DNA of 24,000 bases from an uncultured Actinomycetota bacterium (GCA_963730585.1 CAVSSL010000011.1:982079-1006078); one strand, 5' to 3'. Shown: positions 1 to 7,669, numbered from the stretch's first letter. Numbers and translations: made by a program. Notes: generated from the sequence alone by a model not told the origin.

Positions 1-267
1 GGTGCCCTCGACGAGCGACCAGGACAGCACGCCCGTGCCGTTCTTCTGGATGTCCCACTCGTAGTCCAGGACGTAGGTGTCCTTGATGACGCCGGCGTCC
101 AGGGTGAAGCGCACCTGGTCCGCCCAGCCGTCGCCCTCCTCGGAGAGCACGGTGACCTGCTTGACCTCCGCCGCCCAGTGCGGGTAGCTCTCGAAGTCGG
201 CGATGACGTCGAGCACCTCGCCGGGTCTGGCGGCGATGTCGATGCTGGACTCTGTGCGGTCGGCCAT
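1..267 (-). CDS. SRPBCC-fold (START/Bet v1-like, polyketide cyclase/dehydrase-type) protein; only the N-terminal 89 codons, gene continues past the window start
   Basis: Absent from the ORF track because it is open at the window edge. The reverse-strand ATG at 267..265 gives MADRTESSIDIAARPGEVLDVIADFESYPHWAAEVKQVTVLSEEGDGWADQVRFTLDAGVIKDTYVLDYEWDIQKNGTGVLSWSLVEGT. Third codon positions are almost all G/C. The opening (IDIAA.PE.V..VI.DFE.YP.W) is typical of SRPBCC proteins. It sits at the position of Rv2185c (TB16.3) in the M. tuberculosis syntenic block. Confidence 0.75.
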   Translation of the reverse strand, partial: MADRTESSIDIAARPGEVLDVIADFESYPHWAAEVKQVTVLSEEGDGWADQVRFTLDAGVIKDTYVLDYEWDIQKNGTGVLSWSLVEGT

Positions 268-277
268 GGCCGGAAGG

Positions 278-628
278 CTACAACGTGGCCTGTTCGAGTC
301 GGTCCTTGAGTGCGTGGACGGCGCGCTTCCACCGCAGCTGGTGCCGCACCGCCACGTCCGGGGGTGCTCCGCGGCCCCGCTCCCCGCGCACGTAGTGGTG
401 CACGATCGCGCCGTCCCAGAACGGTTCGATCCACACCTCCATGTCCCCCACGACGGCGCCGTCGACGGTCCAGCGCAGCCCCTTGAGCCCGCGGTCGCGC
501 ACCAGCGTGCGCCGCAGGTGCGGCCACAGCCGGTCGAGGCGCTCCTCGTCGTCGAGCCAGCCGCGCACCACCGCGGGCGCAGCCCGCAGGTAGGTCTCGT
601 CGATGATGTCGACGCGCGAGGGTGCCAT
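278..628 (-). CDS. Conserved hypothetical protein, possibly SRPBCC-like (same position as Rv2186c)
   Basis: This is the 3' part of ORF 278..715. I start it at the ATG at 628 (MAPSRVDIIDETYLRAAPAVVRGWLDDEERLDRLWPHL...) because the 29 codons upstream have many A/T third positions, while G/C third positions dominate downstream. Its TAG stop lies 10 nt upstream of the next gene's start at 267, suggesting an operon. The fold assignment is only by resemblance. Confidence 0.6.
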   Translation of the reverse strand: MAPSRVDIIDETYLRAAPAVVRGWLDDEERLDRLWPHLRRTLVRDRGLKGLRWTVDGAVVGDMEVWIEPFWDGAIVHHYVRGERGRGAPPDVAVRHQLRWKRAVHALKDRLEQATL

Positions 629-694
629 GCGTCGAGGGTGCCACGGGCCATGTGACGAGCGCCGCCGGGCTCCCACGCCGGCGCTACCGGTGGG

Positions 695-700
695 TACAGT
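695..700 (+). promoter_or_regulatory. Candidate -10 hexamer (TACAGT) for the fadD gene (leadered transcript; SD AAGGAG at 725..730)
   Basis: TACAGT fits the actinobacterial TANNNT -10 pattern. It lies in the 107-bp divergent intergenic region, about 35 nt upstream of the GTG at 736. AAGGAG sits 5 nt before that GTG. Confidence 0.3.
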
Positions 701-735
701 TCCGTGCAGGCCCATAACGCGTCAAAGGAGACCCA

Positions 736-2523
736 GTGCAGGACCACGTCGTCCCCCCGCTCGTCGAGCCCACGACCGAGGGGAGTCTCGCCGACCTGCC
801 GGCCCGCAACGCGGCACGCGACCCCCGGCGGGTGGCCTTCTCGAAGAAGGTCGGCGACCGGTGGGTCGACGTCACCGCCGCCGAGTTCCACGACGAGGTC
901 CGTGCCGTGGCGAAGGGGCTGGTGGCGAGCGGCCTGCGCACCGGTGACCGCGTCGGCATCATGAGCAAGACCCGCTACGAGTGGACGGTCGCCGACTTCG
1001 CCGTCTGGACGGCGGGCGGGGTGTCGGTGCCGATCTACGAGACCTCCTCCGCCGAGCAGGTGCTCTGGATCCTCCAGGACTCCGGCGCCCGCGCCGTCGT
1101 CGTGGAGACCCCGGCGCACGAGGCGACCGTGGCCGAGGTGCGCGACGACCTGCCGGCGCTCGAGCACGTCTGGCAGATCGACGCGGGTGGCCTCGACGCC
1201 CTCCGGGAGAGTGGCGCGGGCGTCACCGACGCCGACCTCGACGCCGCTCGCAAGGACGTCGACCGCGCGTCGGTGGCGACGATCATCTACACCTCCGGCA
1301 CGACCGGCCGCCCCAAGGGCTGCCAGCTGACGCACGACAACTTCATGGCGCTGTCGGAGAACGCCGTCCAGCGTCTCGAGCAGGTGGTCCAGCGCGAGGG
1401 TGCCTCCACCCTGCTGTTCCTGCCGCTGGCCCACGTGTTCGCACGCTTCATCCAGGTGCTGTGCGTCAGCGGCGAGGCGAAGATGGGCCACAGCGCCGAC
1501 ATCAAGAACCTGCTGGCCGACTTCGCGGACTTCAAGCCGACCTTCATCCTCTCGGTGCCGCGCGTCTTCGAGAAGATCTACAACTCGGCCGAGCAGAAGG
1601 CGACCGCCGAGGGCAAGGGCAAGATCTTCGCGACCGCGGCCGACACCGCCATCGCCTGGTCGACGGCCCTCGACAGCGGCGGCGCGGGCCTCGGGCTGCG
1701 CCTGCGCCACGCCGTCTTCGACCGGCTCGTCTACGGCAAGCTCCGGGCCGCCATGGGCGGCCAGGTCCTGTATGCCGTGTCCGGCGGCGCCCCGCTCGGC
1801 ACCCGCCTCGGCCACTTCTTCCGTGGCATCGGCGTCACGGTCCTCGAGGGCTACGGGCTCACCGAGACCACTGCGCCGGCGACGGTGAACATCCCGGAGA
1901 AGGTGAAGATCGGCACCGTCGGGCCGCCGCTGCCCGGCGTCGGCATCCGCATCGCCGACGACGGCGAGGTCCTGATCCAGGGCAACAACGTCTTCACGAG
2001 CTACCACAACAACGACGAGGCGACGTCGGCCGCCGTGCAGGGCGGGTGGTTCCACACCGGCGACATCGGCGAGCTCGACGAGGACGGCTACCTCAGGATC
2101 ACGGGCCGCAAGAAGGAGCTGCTCGTCACGGCCGGGGGCAAGAACGTCGCCCCCGCCGTCCTCGAGGACCGGCTGCGCGCCCACCCCCTGGTGTCGCAGT
2201 GCATCGTCGTCGGCGACCAGAAGCCGTTCATCGGCGCACTCATCACCCTCGACCCCGAGATGTACCCCACCTGGGCGAGGAACAACGGCATCGACGGCGT
2301 CACCCTCGAGCAGGCCCGCACCAACGAGGTGGTCCGCGCCGAGATCCAGCGCGCCGTCGACGACGCCAACAGGGCGGTCTCGAAGGCCGAGTCGATCCGC
2401 AAGTTCGCCATCCTCGAGGGCGACTTCACCGAGGACAACGGCTACCTGACGCCGTCGATGAAGCTCAAGCGCAACATCGTCCTGAAGGACTTCCACGAGG
2501 ACGTCGAAGGCCTCTACGCCTGA
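736..2523 (+). CDS. fadD: Long-chain fatty acid--CoA ligase (AMP-dependent synthetase/ligase, FadD15-like)
   Basis: 595-aa ORF with a GTG start preceded by AAGGAG. It has the AMP-binding signature IIYTSGTTGRPKG, then GYGLTET, and the C-terminal TPSMKLKRN motif typical of FadD/FACL enzymes. It follows the two SRPBCC-like genes, as fadD15 (Rv2187) does in M. tuberculosis. Confidence 0.92.
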   Translation: MQDHVVPPLVEPTTEGSLADLPARNAARDPRRVAFSKKVGDRWVDVTAAEFHDEVRAVAKGLVASGLRTGDRVGIMSKTRYEWTVADFAVWTAGGVSVPIYETSSAEQVLWILQDSGARAVVVETPAHEATVAEVRDDLPALEHVWQIDAGGLDALRESGAGVTDADLDAARKDVDRASVATIIYTSGTTGRPKGCQLTHDNFMALSENAVQRLEQVVQREGASTLLFLPLAHVFARFIQVLCVSGEAKMGHSADIKNLLADFADFKPTFILSVPRVFEKIYNSAEQKATAEGKGKIFATAADTAIAWSTALDSGGAGLGLRLRHAVFDRLVYGKLRAAMGGQVLYAVSGGAPLGTRLGHFFRGIGVTVLEGYGLTETTAPATVNIPEKVKIGTVGPPLPGVGIRIADDGEVLIQGNNVFTSYHNNDEATSAAVQGGWFHTGDIGELDEDGYLRITGRKKELLVTAGGKNVAPAVLEDRLRAHPLVSQCIVVGDQKPFIGALITLDPEMYPTWARNNGIDGVTLEQARTNEVVRAEIQRAVDDANRAVSKAESIRKFAILEGDFTEDNGYLTPSMKLKRNIVLKDFHEDVEGLYA

Positions 2524-2555
2524 GCCCCGCAGCCGGCCCGGCAGGTCGCGACCTC

Positions 2556-2561
2556 TACGGT
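2556..2561 (+). promoter_or_regulatory. Candidate -10 hexamer TACGGT, 6 nt upstream of ATG 2568 (leaderless-type arrangement)
   Basis: The sequence reads TACGGT-ctacgc-ATG. No SD-like purine run lies between them. Confidence 0.45.
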
Positions 2562-2567
2562 CTACGC

Positions 2568-3955
2568 ATGCCTCCCCGCGCCTCGCAGAGCCAGGCCATC
2601 GCCTTCGCGGTGGCCTGGCTCGCGTACTTCTCGGCCCTGCAGTGGAGCGTGGTGCGCTTCCGGGTCGTCATCGTGCTCGTGCTGACCGGGTGCGCCGTGG
2701 CGCTCACCGTCTGGCAGTGGCGCCGCTCCCGGGTCTGGCTCACGCCGCCGGTCGTGACGGGCATGCTGGCCGGCAGCGCCCTGGCCACCCTGGCGGTGCC
2801 GCTCTTCTCCTACCTCGACGACACCGGACTCGCCGTCGCCACCACGACGCTGGTGGCCGGGCCGCTCGTCGTGGCGGCCCTGCTGTGGTCCGGTCGCGAG
2901 CGCGCGGCTCTGCCCGCGTTGGCGACGAGCATCGGTGCGTATGCCGTGGCCGGTGCCACCGCCGTGGTCACCGACCCGGCCCCGAAGATCGACGTGTGGG
3001 TCACCCTGCAGCAGGCCAGCGACGCCCTGGCCCGCGGCGAGAGCTTCTACGAGGTGACCTGGACCGGCTCGCCCGGCATCCAGGACGCCTTCACCTACCT
3101 GCCCTTCACCACGGTGCTGCTCGCCCCCGGCAAGTGGCTGGCCGGGGACGTGCGCTGGGCCCTGCTGGTGTGGACCCTCGTCGCCGCGGCGGGCGCCTGG
3201 GTGCTGGCCACCCGCATCCTGAGCCGCCACGCGGCGCACGGAGCGGCATACGGACCCGTGCCGGAGACCGGTCCGGGGCTCGCTGGCGGGCGGCCGCGGT
3301 GGTCGCGCTGCTGCTCTTCGCGCCGGGCACCCTCACGCAGGTCGACCAGGCCTGGACGGAGCCGCTGCTGCTCGCCGGCCTGGTCTGGTGGGCGGTGCTC
3401 GTCGACCGCGGCAGTGAGCGCGCGGCCTGGTGGGCGGTCGTGCCGCTGGCCCTGGCCTGCGCCAGCAAGCAGCACCTCGCGGTGCTGCTGCCGGTGCTGC
3501 TGGTGTGGCGGCCCTTCGGCGTCCGCCGCACCCTGGCGACCGGCGCCCTCACCGGGCTGTTCATCGCGCCGTGGTTCCTCGCCGGGCCGTCCGACTTCCT
3601 GCACGACACCGTGACGCTGCTCGTGTCGTTCCCGCCGCTGAAGTTCGCCAACACCCTCTACCTGCTGGCGCTCAACACCTTCGGGGTGACGCTGCCGTTC
3701 TGGGTGACCGGCCTGGTCGTGCTCGGCACGCTGGGCGCGGTGGTCTTCGTCGTCTGGCGTCGCCAGCCGGCCCTGGCCGAGGTGCTGCGGTGGCTGGCCC
3801 TGGTGCTGCTGGTGGCCAACCTCGTCAACAAGCAGGCCTTCTACAACCAGTTCTGGCTCGCCGGGGCCCTGGTGGTCGTGTCGCTGGCCGCGGCAGCCCA
3901 GCCCGTGGTCAGGCGCGCGCCAGGCGACGCAGGTAGGACAGCCACTCACGTGTGA
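2568..3955 (+). pseudogene. Polytopic membrane protein, DUF2029/GT87-like glycosyl(mannosyl)transferase, reading frame disrupted around 3240-3295
   Basis: The N-terminal half runs from ATG 2568 (MPPRASQSQAIAFAVAWLAYF...WVLATRILSRHAAH) in the frame of ORF 981..3614. The C-terminal half runs from about 3290 (AAAVVALLLFAPGTLTQVDQAWTEPLLLAG... to the stop at 3955) in the frame of ORF 2642..3955. Both halves are strongly hydrophobic with several TM-like segments and G/C-rich third positions. Past the junction each frame turns into Arg/Ser/Cys/Pro-rich nonsense. The loop PKIDVWVTLQQASDALARGESFY resembles the first-loop Asp signature of GT87/DUF2029 enzymes (from memory, not searched). Confidence 0.6.
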
Positions 3956-5240
3956 AGGCCGGCTCGCTGGTGCCGAGCACGGACGCGAACGCCTTGCGGG
4001 TGTTCTCGTCGGGGTCGCCGGGCGGCGCCGACGCGCTGGGGCGGCTCGCCGCGCTCAGGTAGAACCGGACCAGAGCCTTCTCGCCGTGCCGGTCGGCGAT
4101 GCGGCAGGCGGCCAGCCAGGCGGCGTTGTAGCTGGGGGCGATGGTCGAGGTCGACGGGTCGAAGTCGCGCTCGGTCGGCAGGGTGCGGGGACCGCTCCCC
4201 TGCCGCACGCGGTCCAGCAGCGCGTCCGCAATGGTCGTGCGGGGCAGGTCGACCGCGCTGTAGCCGATGTAGTCGGCCAGACCTTCCGACAGCCAGAGCG
4301 GCACGGGGCGGTTGGTCGAGGCCCGCACCGCGACGTGCGTCGTCTCATGGGTGATGACCACCTGCCGGCCGGTCGGCTGCAGCCGCGCAAAGGCCTGCGG
4401 GTTGACCACGATGCGGTCGGAGCCGGCCCGGCCGTCGGCACCGAGCGAGCCGTCGGTGACGGCCGCCACCTGCTCGACGCTGGCCGCGGACTGTCCCAGC
4501 TGCTCGGCCATCTCGCCGGCGGTCGCGGGCACCACCAGCACGAGCCGCGAGCCCCACGGCCGGGTCCAGACCCGCTCGACCCGGCTGACGGCCTCGTCGC
4601 CGAGGCGCAGGTAGCCGGTGAGGTCGCGCACTCCCCCGCTGCCCACCACGAGGGTGGTCCGGCTCGAGGCGACGCGCAGGTCGGGCAGGTCCCACAGCTG
4701 CGCCTGGGTGCCGCCGTCCGAGTCGTCAGCGAGCTTCCAGCCGCCGGCCCGGCTGACCGCGGTCAGGTGCGTCTCGTAGGTGCGCGGCAGCCGGTCCCAG
4801 CCCTTGAGCGTGTAGCGGCCCTCGACGCGCGCGACCCACGCGTCCGGTCCGACCTCGGCTGCCCGCTCGGCGCCCAGCGCGGCTGCCGGCTCGGGTGTCC
4901 CGTAGTCGAAGGTGCCCAGCGGCAGGCGCACGAGGTTGTCGAAGACCTCGAGCTGGCGCAGCCCGAAGCCCGACCTCGGGTCGTCAAGGGTGGCGGCGAA
5001 CCGGGCCCGGTCGTGGGCGAGCACCGCCTTCGCCCGTTCGTCGAGCAGCTCCTGCAGGGCCTCGACCCGGGCGACGTCGGGGTCGACCGTCGGGCTGCCG
5101 GCCGACGGCGCCGCCGGGGCACTCGCGCTGGGGCCGCCCGTCGGTCGGTCCAGCTCGACGGCGGTGCGCTCCGAGCAGCCGACCAGGCCGGCCGCGAGGA
5201 CGGCGGCGGCCAGCGCGGAGACACGTCGCGTCGTCGTCAC
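3909..5240 (-). CDS. Lipoprotein with a peptidase-MA (M1-like gluzincin) motif
   Basis: 443-aa ORF with a GTG start. The signal peptide carries a lipobox (MTTTRRVSALAAAVLAAGLVGC|SE). The C-terminal region has VVITHETTHVAVRASTNRPVPLWLSEGLADY, that is HExxH followed 17 residues later by the Glu of WLSEG. This resembles the M1 aminopeptidase HExxH...WLNEGFA arrangement. The N-terminal ~280 aa have no motif I recognise. Confidence 0.75.
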   Translation of the reverse strand: MTTTRRVSALAAAVLAAGLVGCSERTAVELDRPTGGPSASAPAAPSAGSPTVDPDVARVEALQELLDERAKAVLAHDRARFAATLDDPRSGFGLRQLEVFDNLVRLPLGTFDYGTPEPAAALGAERAAEVGPDAWVARVEGRYTLKGWDRLPRTYETHLTAVSRAGGWKLADDSDGGTQAQLWDLPDLRVASSRTTLVVGSGGVRDLTGYLRLGDEAVSRVERVWTRPWGSRLVLVVPATAGEMAEQLGQSAASVEQVAAVTDGSLGADGRAGSDRIVVNPQAFARLQPTGRQVVITHETTHVAVRASTNRPVPLWLSEGLADYIGYSAVDLPRTTIADALLDRVRQGSGPRTLPTERDFDPSTSTIAPSYNAAWLAACRIADRHGEKALVRFYLSAASRPSASAPPGDPDENTRKAFASVLGTSEPAFTREWLSYLRRLARA

Positions 5241-5246
5241 GCCGTC

Positions 5247-5252
5247 ATCGTA
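5247..5252 (-). promoter_or_regulatory. Candidate -10 hexamer TACGAT (minus strand), 6 nt upstream of GTG 5240
   Basis: The minus strand reads TACGAT-gacggc-GTG. It lies inside the 27-nt gap after the upstream 4-Cys gene, so co-transcription with that gene is an alternative. Confidence 0.35.
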
Positions 5253-5267
5253 GGCAGGCGCCGCGGG

Positions 5268-5486
5268 TCAGCCGACCGCGCGCACCCCCTGCCAGGGCTC
5301 GCGGCGCGCCCGAAGGCCGGCGGCCTCCTGAGGCGCCACGAGACCGGAGGCGACGAACAGCGTCACCGCGGCACGCTCCGAGGCGTCGAGCGGCAGGTCG
5401 GCAGTCGGCGGCTCCAGCAGCGCCGTCACCATGCAGTCACCGCACTGGAGCTCGCGGACTGGGCAGGACGTGCAGTCGATGATCAC
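5268..5486 (-). CDS. Small 4-Cys (CxxC-x6-CxxC) protein, function unknown
   Basis: Only the 3' end of ORF 5268..6206 looks coding: (VIT)VIIDCTSCPVRELQCGDCMVTALLEPPTADLPLDASERAAVTLFVASGLVAPQEAAGLRARREPWQGVRAVG. About 68 of 75 third positions are G/C. AAGGAAGG lies about 10 nt upstream of the GTG at 5486. An alternative GTG at 5495 would add 3 residues. Everything further upstream overlaps the nuclease gene in antisense. Confidence 0.6.
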   Translation of the reverse strand: MIIDCTSCPVRELQCGDCMVTALLEPPTADLPLDASERAAVTLFVASGLVAPQEAAGLRARREPWQGVRAVG

Positions 5487-5602
5487 CGTGATCACCCCTT
5501 CCTTTGCTACTGCCCACCACCGTAGGAAGGACCACCGACAACGCACCCCGGGCACCCGGTGGACACCGGTCCACGACCCCCAGTGGCGCGCCTTCGACGG
5601 GC

Positions 5603-5624
5603 TGTCGGCGCCCCGGCATACCGT
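5603..5624 (+). promoter_or_regulatory. RecA-NDp-like (PafBC-type) DNA-damage promoter: TGTCGgcg-N8-TACCGT
   Basis: cTGTCGgcg (5602..5610), then 8 nt (ccccggca), then TACCGT (5619..5624), then 7 nt to ATG 5632. This matches the mycobacterial RecA-NDp consensus tTGTCRgtg-8nt-TAnnnT at every strongly conserved position and at the exact spacing. Confidence 0.5.
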
Positions 5625-5631
5625 CTGGCGC

Positions 5632-7350
5632 ATGCAGATGGTCCAAGGCACGTTCGACGACCTGGGCACCGCGCTCTCCGGTGTCACGTTCGTCGTCGTC
5701 GACCTCGAGACCACCGGCGGCAGCCCCGCCGAGTCGCAGATCACCGAGATCGGCGCCGTGAAGGTCCGCGGCGGCGAGGTGCTCGGGGAGTTCCAGACCC
5801 TGGTCAACCCCGGCGCCCCGATCCCGGCGTTCATCCAGGTGCTCACCGGCATCACCGACGCGATGGTCGCCACGGCCCCGCGCATCGACACGGCCCTGCC
5901 GGCCTTCCTGGAGTTCGCCCGCGGGTCGGTGCTGGTGGCCCACAACGCCGGGTTCGACATCTCCTTCCTCAAGGCGGCCGCGGCCCGCACGGGCAACCGC
6001 TGGCCCGGCTTCGAGGTGCTCGACACCGTCACCCTCGCCCGGCAGCTGGTACCCCGCGACGAGGTGCGCAACCACAAGCTCTCGACGCTCGCGGCGCTGT
6101 TCGGCTCGCCGACCACGCCCGACCACCGGGCGCTGCACGACGCCCGCGCCACCGTCGACGTGCTGCACGCCCTCATCGGGCGGGTGGGCAACCTCGGGGT
6201 GCACACCCTCGAGGAGCTGAGCAGCTACACCTCGCGCGTGACGCCGGCGACCCGCCGCAAGCGCTACCTCGCCCAGGACCTGCCCTCCGCCCCGGGCGTC
6301 TACCTGTTCAAGGACGGCAACGGCCGCGTGCTCTACGTCGGCACGTCGGTCAACATCCGCACCCGGGTGCGCAGCTACTTCACCGCCTCCGAGCAGCGCA
6401 CCCGGATGGCTGAGATGGTCCGGCTGGCCGAGAGCGTGACGCCCATCGTCTGCGCCACCACCCTCGAGGCCGAGGTGCGCGAGCTGCGCCTCATCGCCGA
6501 GCACAAGCCGCGGTACAACCGGCGCTCCAAGGCCCCCGAGCGCGGCGTGTGGGTCAAGCTCACCGTCGAGGCGTTTCCCCGGCTGAGCATGGTGCGCGAG
6601 GTGCGCGCCGACGGGGCACGCTACATCGGTCCCTTCTCCAGCCGTGGCTCCGCCGAGGCCGCCATCGCCGCGGTCCACGAGGTCGTCCCGCTGCGCCAGT
6701 GCGTGCAGCGGCTCTCCCCCGCGAAGCGGGTCAGCGCCTGCGCGCTGGCCGACATGGGCCGCTGCGGTGCGCCGTGCACGGGAGCCCAGAGCGTGGAGGA
6801 GTATGCCGCGGTGGCGGTCCGCGCGGGTGTCGCCCTGGCAGGTGACAGCCGCGAGGTCGTCACAGCCCTGCGGGCGCGGATGGTCACCCTCGCCGAGCAG
6901 GAGCGCTTCGAGGACGCCGGTGTGCTGCGCGACCGGCTGCTCGCCCTCGTCCGCGGCATGGCCCGGACCCAACGCATCGCTCCGCTGGCGTCCAGCGCCG
7001 AGGTCGTCGCCGCCAGGCCGGCCGCCCTCGGCGGGTGGGAGCTGGTGTGCGTCCGCCACGGACGCCTGGCCGGCAGCAGCACCTCCCCCCGCGGGGCGGA
7101 CCCGATGCCCTACGTCGAGGCCCTGCGCGCCAGCGCCGAGGCCGTCACCCCCTCGCCTGCCCCGGCGCCCGCCGCCACGGCCGAGGAGTCGGAGAAGATC
7201 CTGCGCTGGCTCGAGACGCCCGGCGTGCGGCTCGTCGACCTCGAGGGACAGTGGACCTGCCCGGTCGGGGGTGCCGGCGCAGCCCGGGCCCAGCTCGAGC
7301 CGCAGGCGGTGTCGCGCCACGAGGCGGCAGGCTTCGTCGCCGCGTCCTGA
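5632..7350 (+). CDS. DEDD (DnaQ/epsilon-like) 3'-5' exonuclease fused to a GIY-YIG / UvrC-N-terminal-like nuclease module (Rv2191-like)
   Basis: I start it at ATG 5632 (MQMVQGTFDDLG...) inside ORF 5431..7350; the upstream extension overlaps the divergent small gene. Exo motifs: FVVVDLETTG, LVAHNAGFDISFL, HRALHDARATVDVL. The GIY-YIG module is GVYLFKDGNGRVLYVGTSVNIRTRVRSYF...EVRELRLIAEHKPRYN. A UvrC-like Cys cluster follows (CVQRLSPAKRVSACALADMGRCGAPC, C-x12-C-x7-C-x3-C), then a UVR-like helix (EQERFEDAGVLRDRLLAL). Confidence 0.88.
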   Translation: MQMVQGTFDDLGTALSGVTFVVVDLETTGGSPAESQITEIGAVKVRGGEVLGEFQTLVNPGAPIPAFIQVLTGITDAMVATAPRIDTALPAFLEFARGSVLVAHNAGFDISFLKAAAARTGNRWPGFEVLDTVTLARQLVPRDEVRNHKLSTLAALFGSPTTPDHRALHDARATVDVLHALIGRVGNLGVHTLEELSSYTSRVTPATRRKRYLAQDLPSAPGVYLFKDGNGRVLYVGTSVNIRTRVRSYFTASEQRTRMAEMVRLAESVTPIVCATTLEAEVRELRLIAEHKPRYNRRSKAPERGVWVKLTVEAFPRLSMVREVRADGARYIGPFSSRGSAEAAIAAVHEVVPLRQCVQRLSPAKRVSACALADMGRCGAPCTGAQSVEEYAAVAVRAGVALAGDSREVVTALRARMVTLAEQERFEDAGVLRDRLLALVRGMARTQRIAPLASSAEVVAARPAALGGWELVCVRHGRLAGSSTSPRGADPMPYVEALRASAEAVTPSPAPAPAATAEESEKILRWLETPGVRLVDLEGQWTCPVGGAGAARAQLEPQAVSRHEAAGFVAAS

Positions 7351-7372
7351 GCGTCGCCACCGGCCTCGGCAC

Positions 7373-7378
7373 TACTGT
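7373..7378 (+). promoter_or_regulatory. Candidate -10 hexamer TACTGT, 6 nt upstream of GTG 7385 (leaderless-type)
   Basis: TACTGT-gggccc-GTG, in the 34-nt gap after the nuclease stop. Confidence 0.45.
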
Positions 7379-7384
7379 GGGCCC

Positions 7385-7669
7385 GTGATCTCTGCCATCG
7401 TCCTCATCAACGCCGAAGTCGACCGCATCCCCGAGGTGGCCCAGGCCATCGCCGAGCTCGACGGCGTGAGCGAGGTCTACTCGGTGGCCGGCGACGTCGA
7501 CCTCATCGCCATGGTGCGGGTGCGGGCCCACGAGGAGCTCGCCGACGTCATCGCCGACCGGCTGAACAAGGTCGACGGCGTCACCGGCACCTCGACCCAC
7601 ATCGCGTTCCGGACCTACTCCCGGCACGACCTCGAGGCGGCGTTCAGCCTCGGCCTCGACGACGCCTAG
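7385..7669 (+). CDS. Stand-alone Lrp/AsnC ligand-binding (RAM) domain protein
   Basis: Tail of ORF 6644..7669 from GTG 7385: VISAIVLINAEVDRIPEVAQAIAELDGVSEVYSVAGDVDLIAMVRVRAHEELADVIADRLNKVDGVTGTSTHIAFRTYSRHDLEAAF. The pattern (..V......A..I..+..V.EVY.V.G..D++..VR......L...+...+..+.GV..T.T) is characteristic of the AsnC_trans_reg domain. There is no HTH part. Confidence 0.8.
   Translation: MISAIVLINAEVDRIPEVAQAIAELDGVSEVYSVAGDVDLIAMVRVRAHEELADVIADRLNKVDGVTGTSTHIAFRTYSRHDLEAAFSLGLDDA

Noticed and set aside
281-296. GTTCGA at 291..296, resembling a mycobacterial LexA SOS-box half-site (TCGAAC-N4-GTTCGA)
   Set aside because: The partner half-site is absent (caacgt at 281..286), and the sequence lies inside a coding region.
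3240-3300. Programmed ribosomal frameshift as the explanation for the split membrane-protein gene
   Set aside because: There is no slippery heptamer (X XXY YYZ) or obvious downstream stimulatory structure at the junction. A sequencing error or a true indel is more parsimonious.
981-3614. 877-aa ORF spanning fadD and the membrane-protein gene
   Set aside because: It is an alternative frame of fadD, and its translation is Arg/Pro/Gly-rich low-complexity typical of off-frame high-GC DNA. Only the stretch from ATG 2568 to about 3239 is real coding sequence (the N-terminal half of the GT87-like gene).
5437-7320. 627-aa antisense ORF opposite the exonuclease/GIY-YIG gene
   Set aside because: It is a mirror-frame artefact of a high-GC gene. 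The translation is Gly/Arg/Ala/Pro-rich with no motifs, whereas the + strand product has clear DEDD and GIY-YIG motifs.
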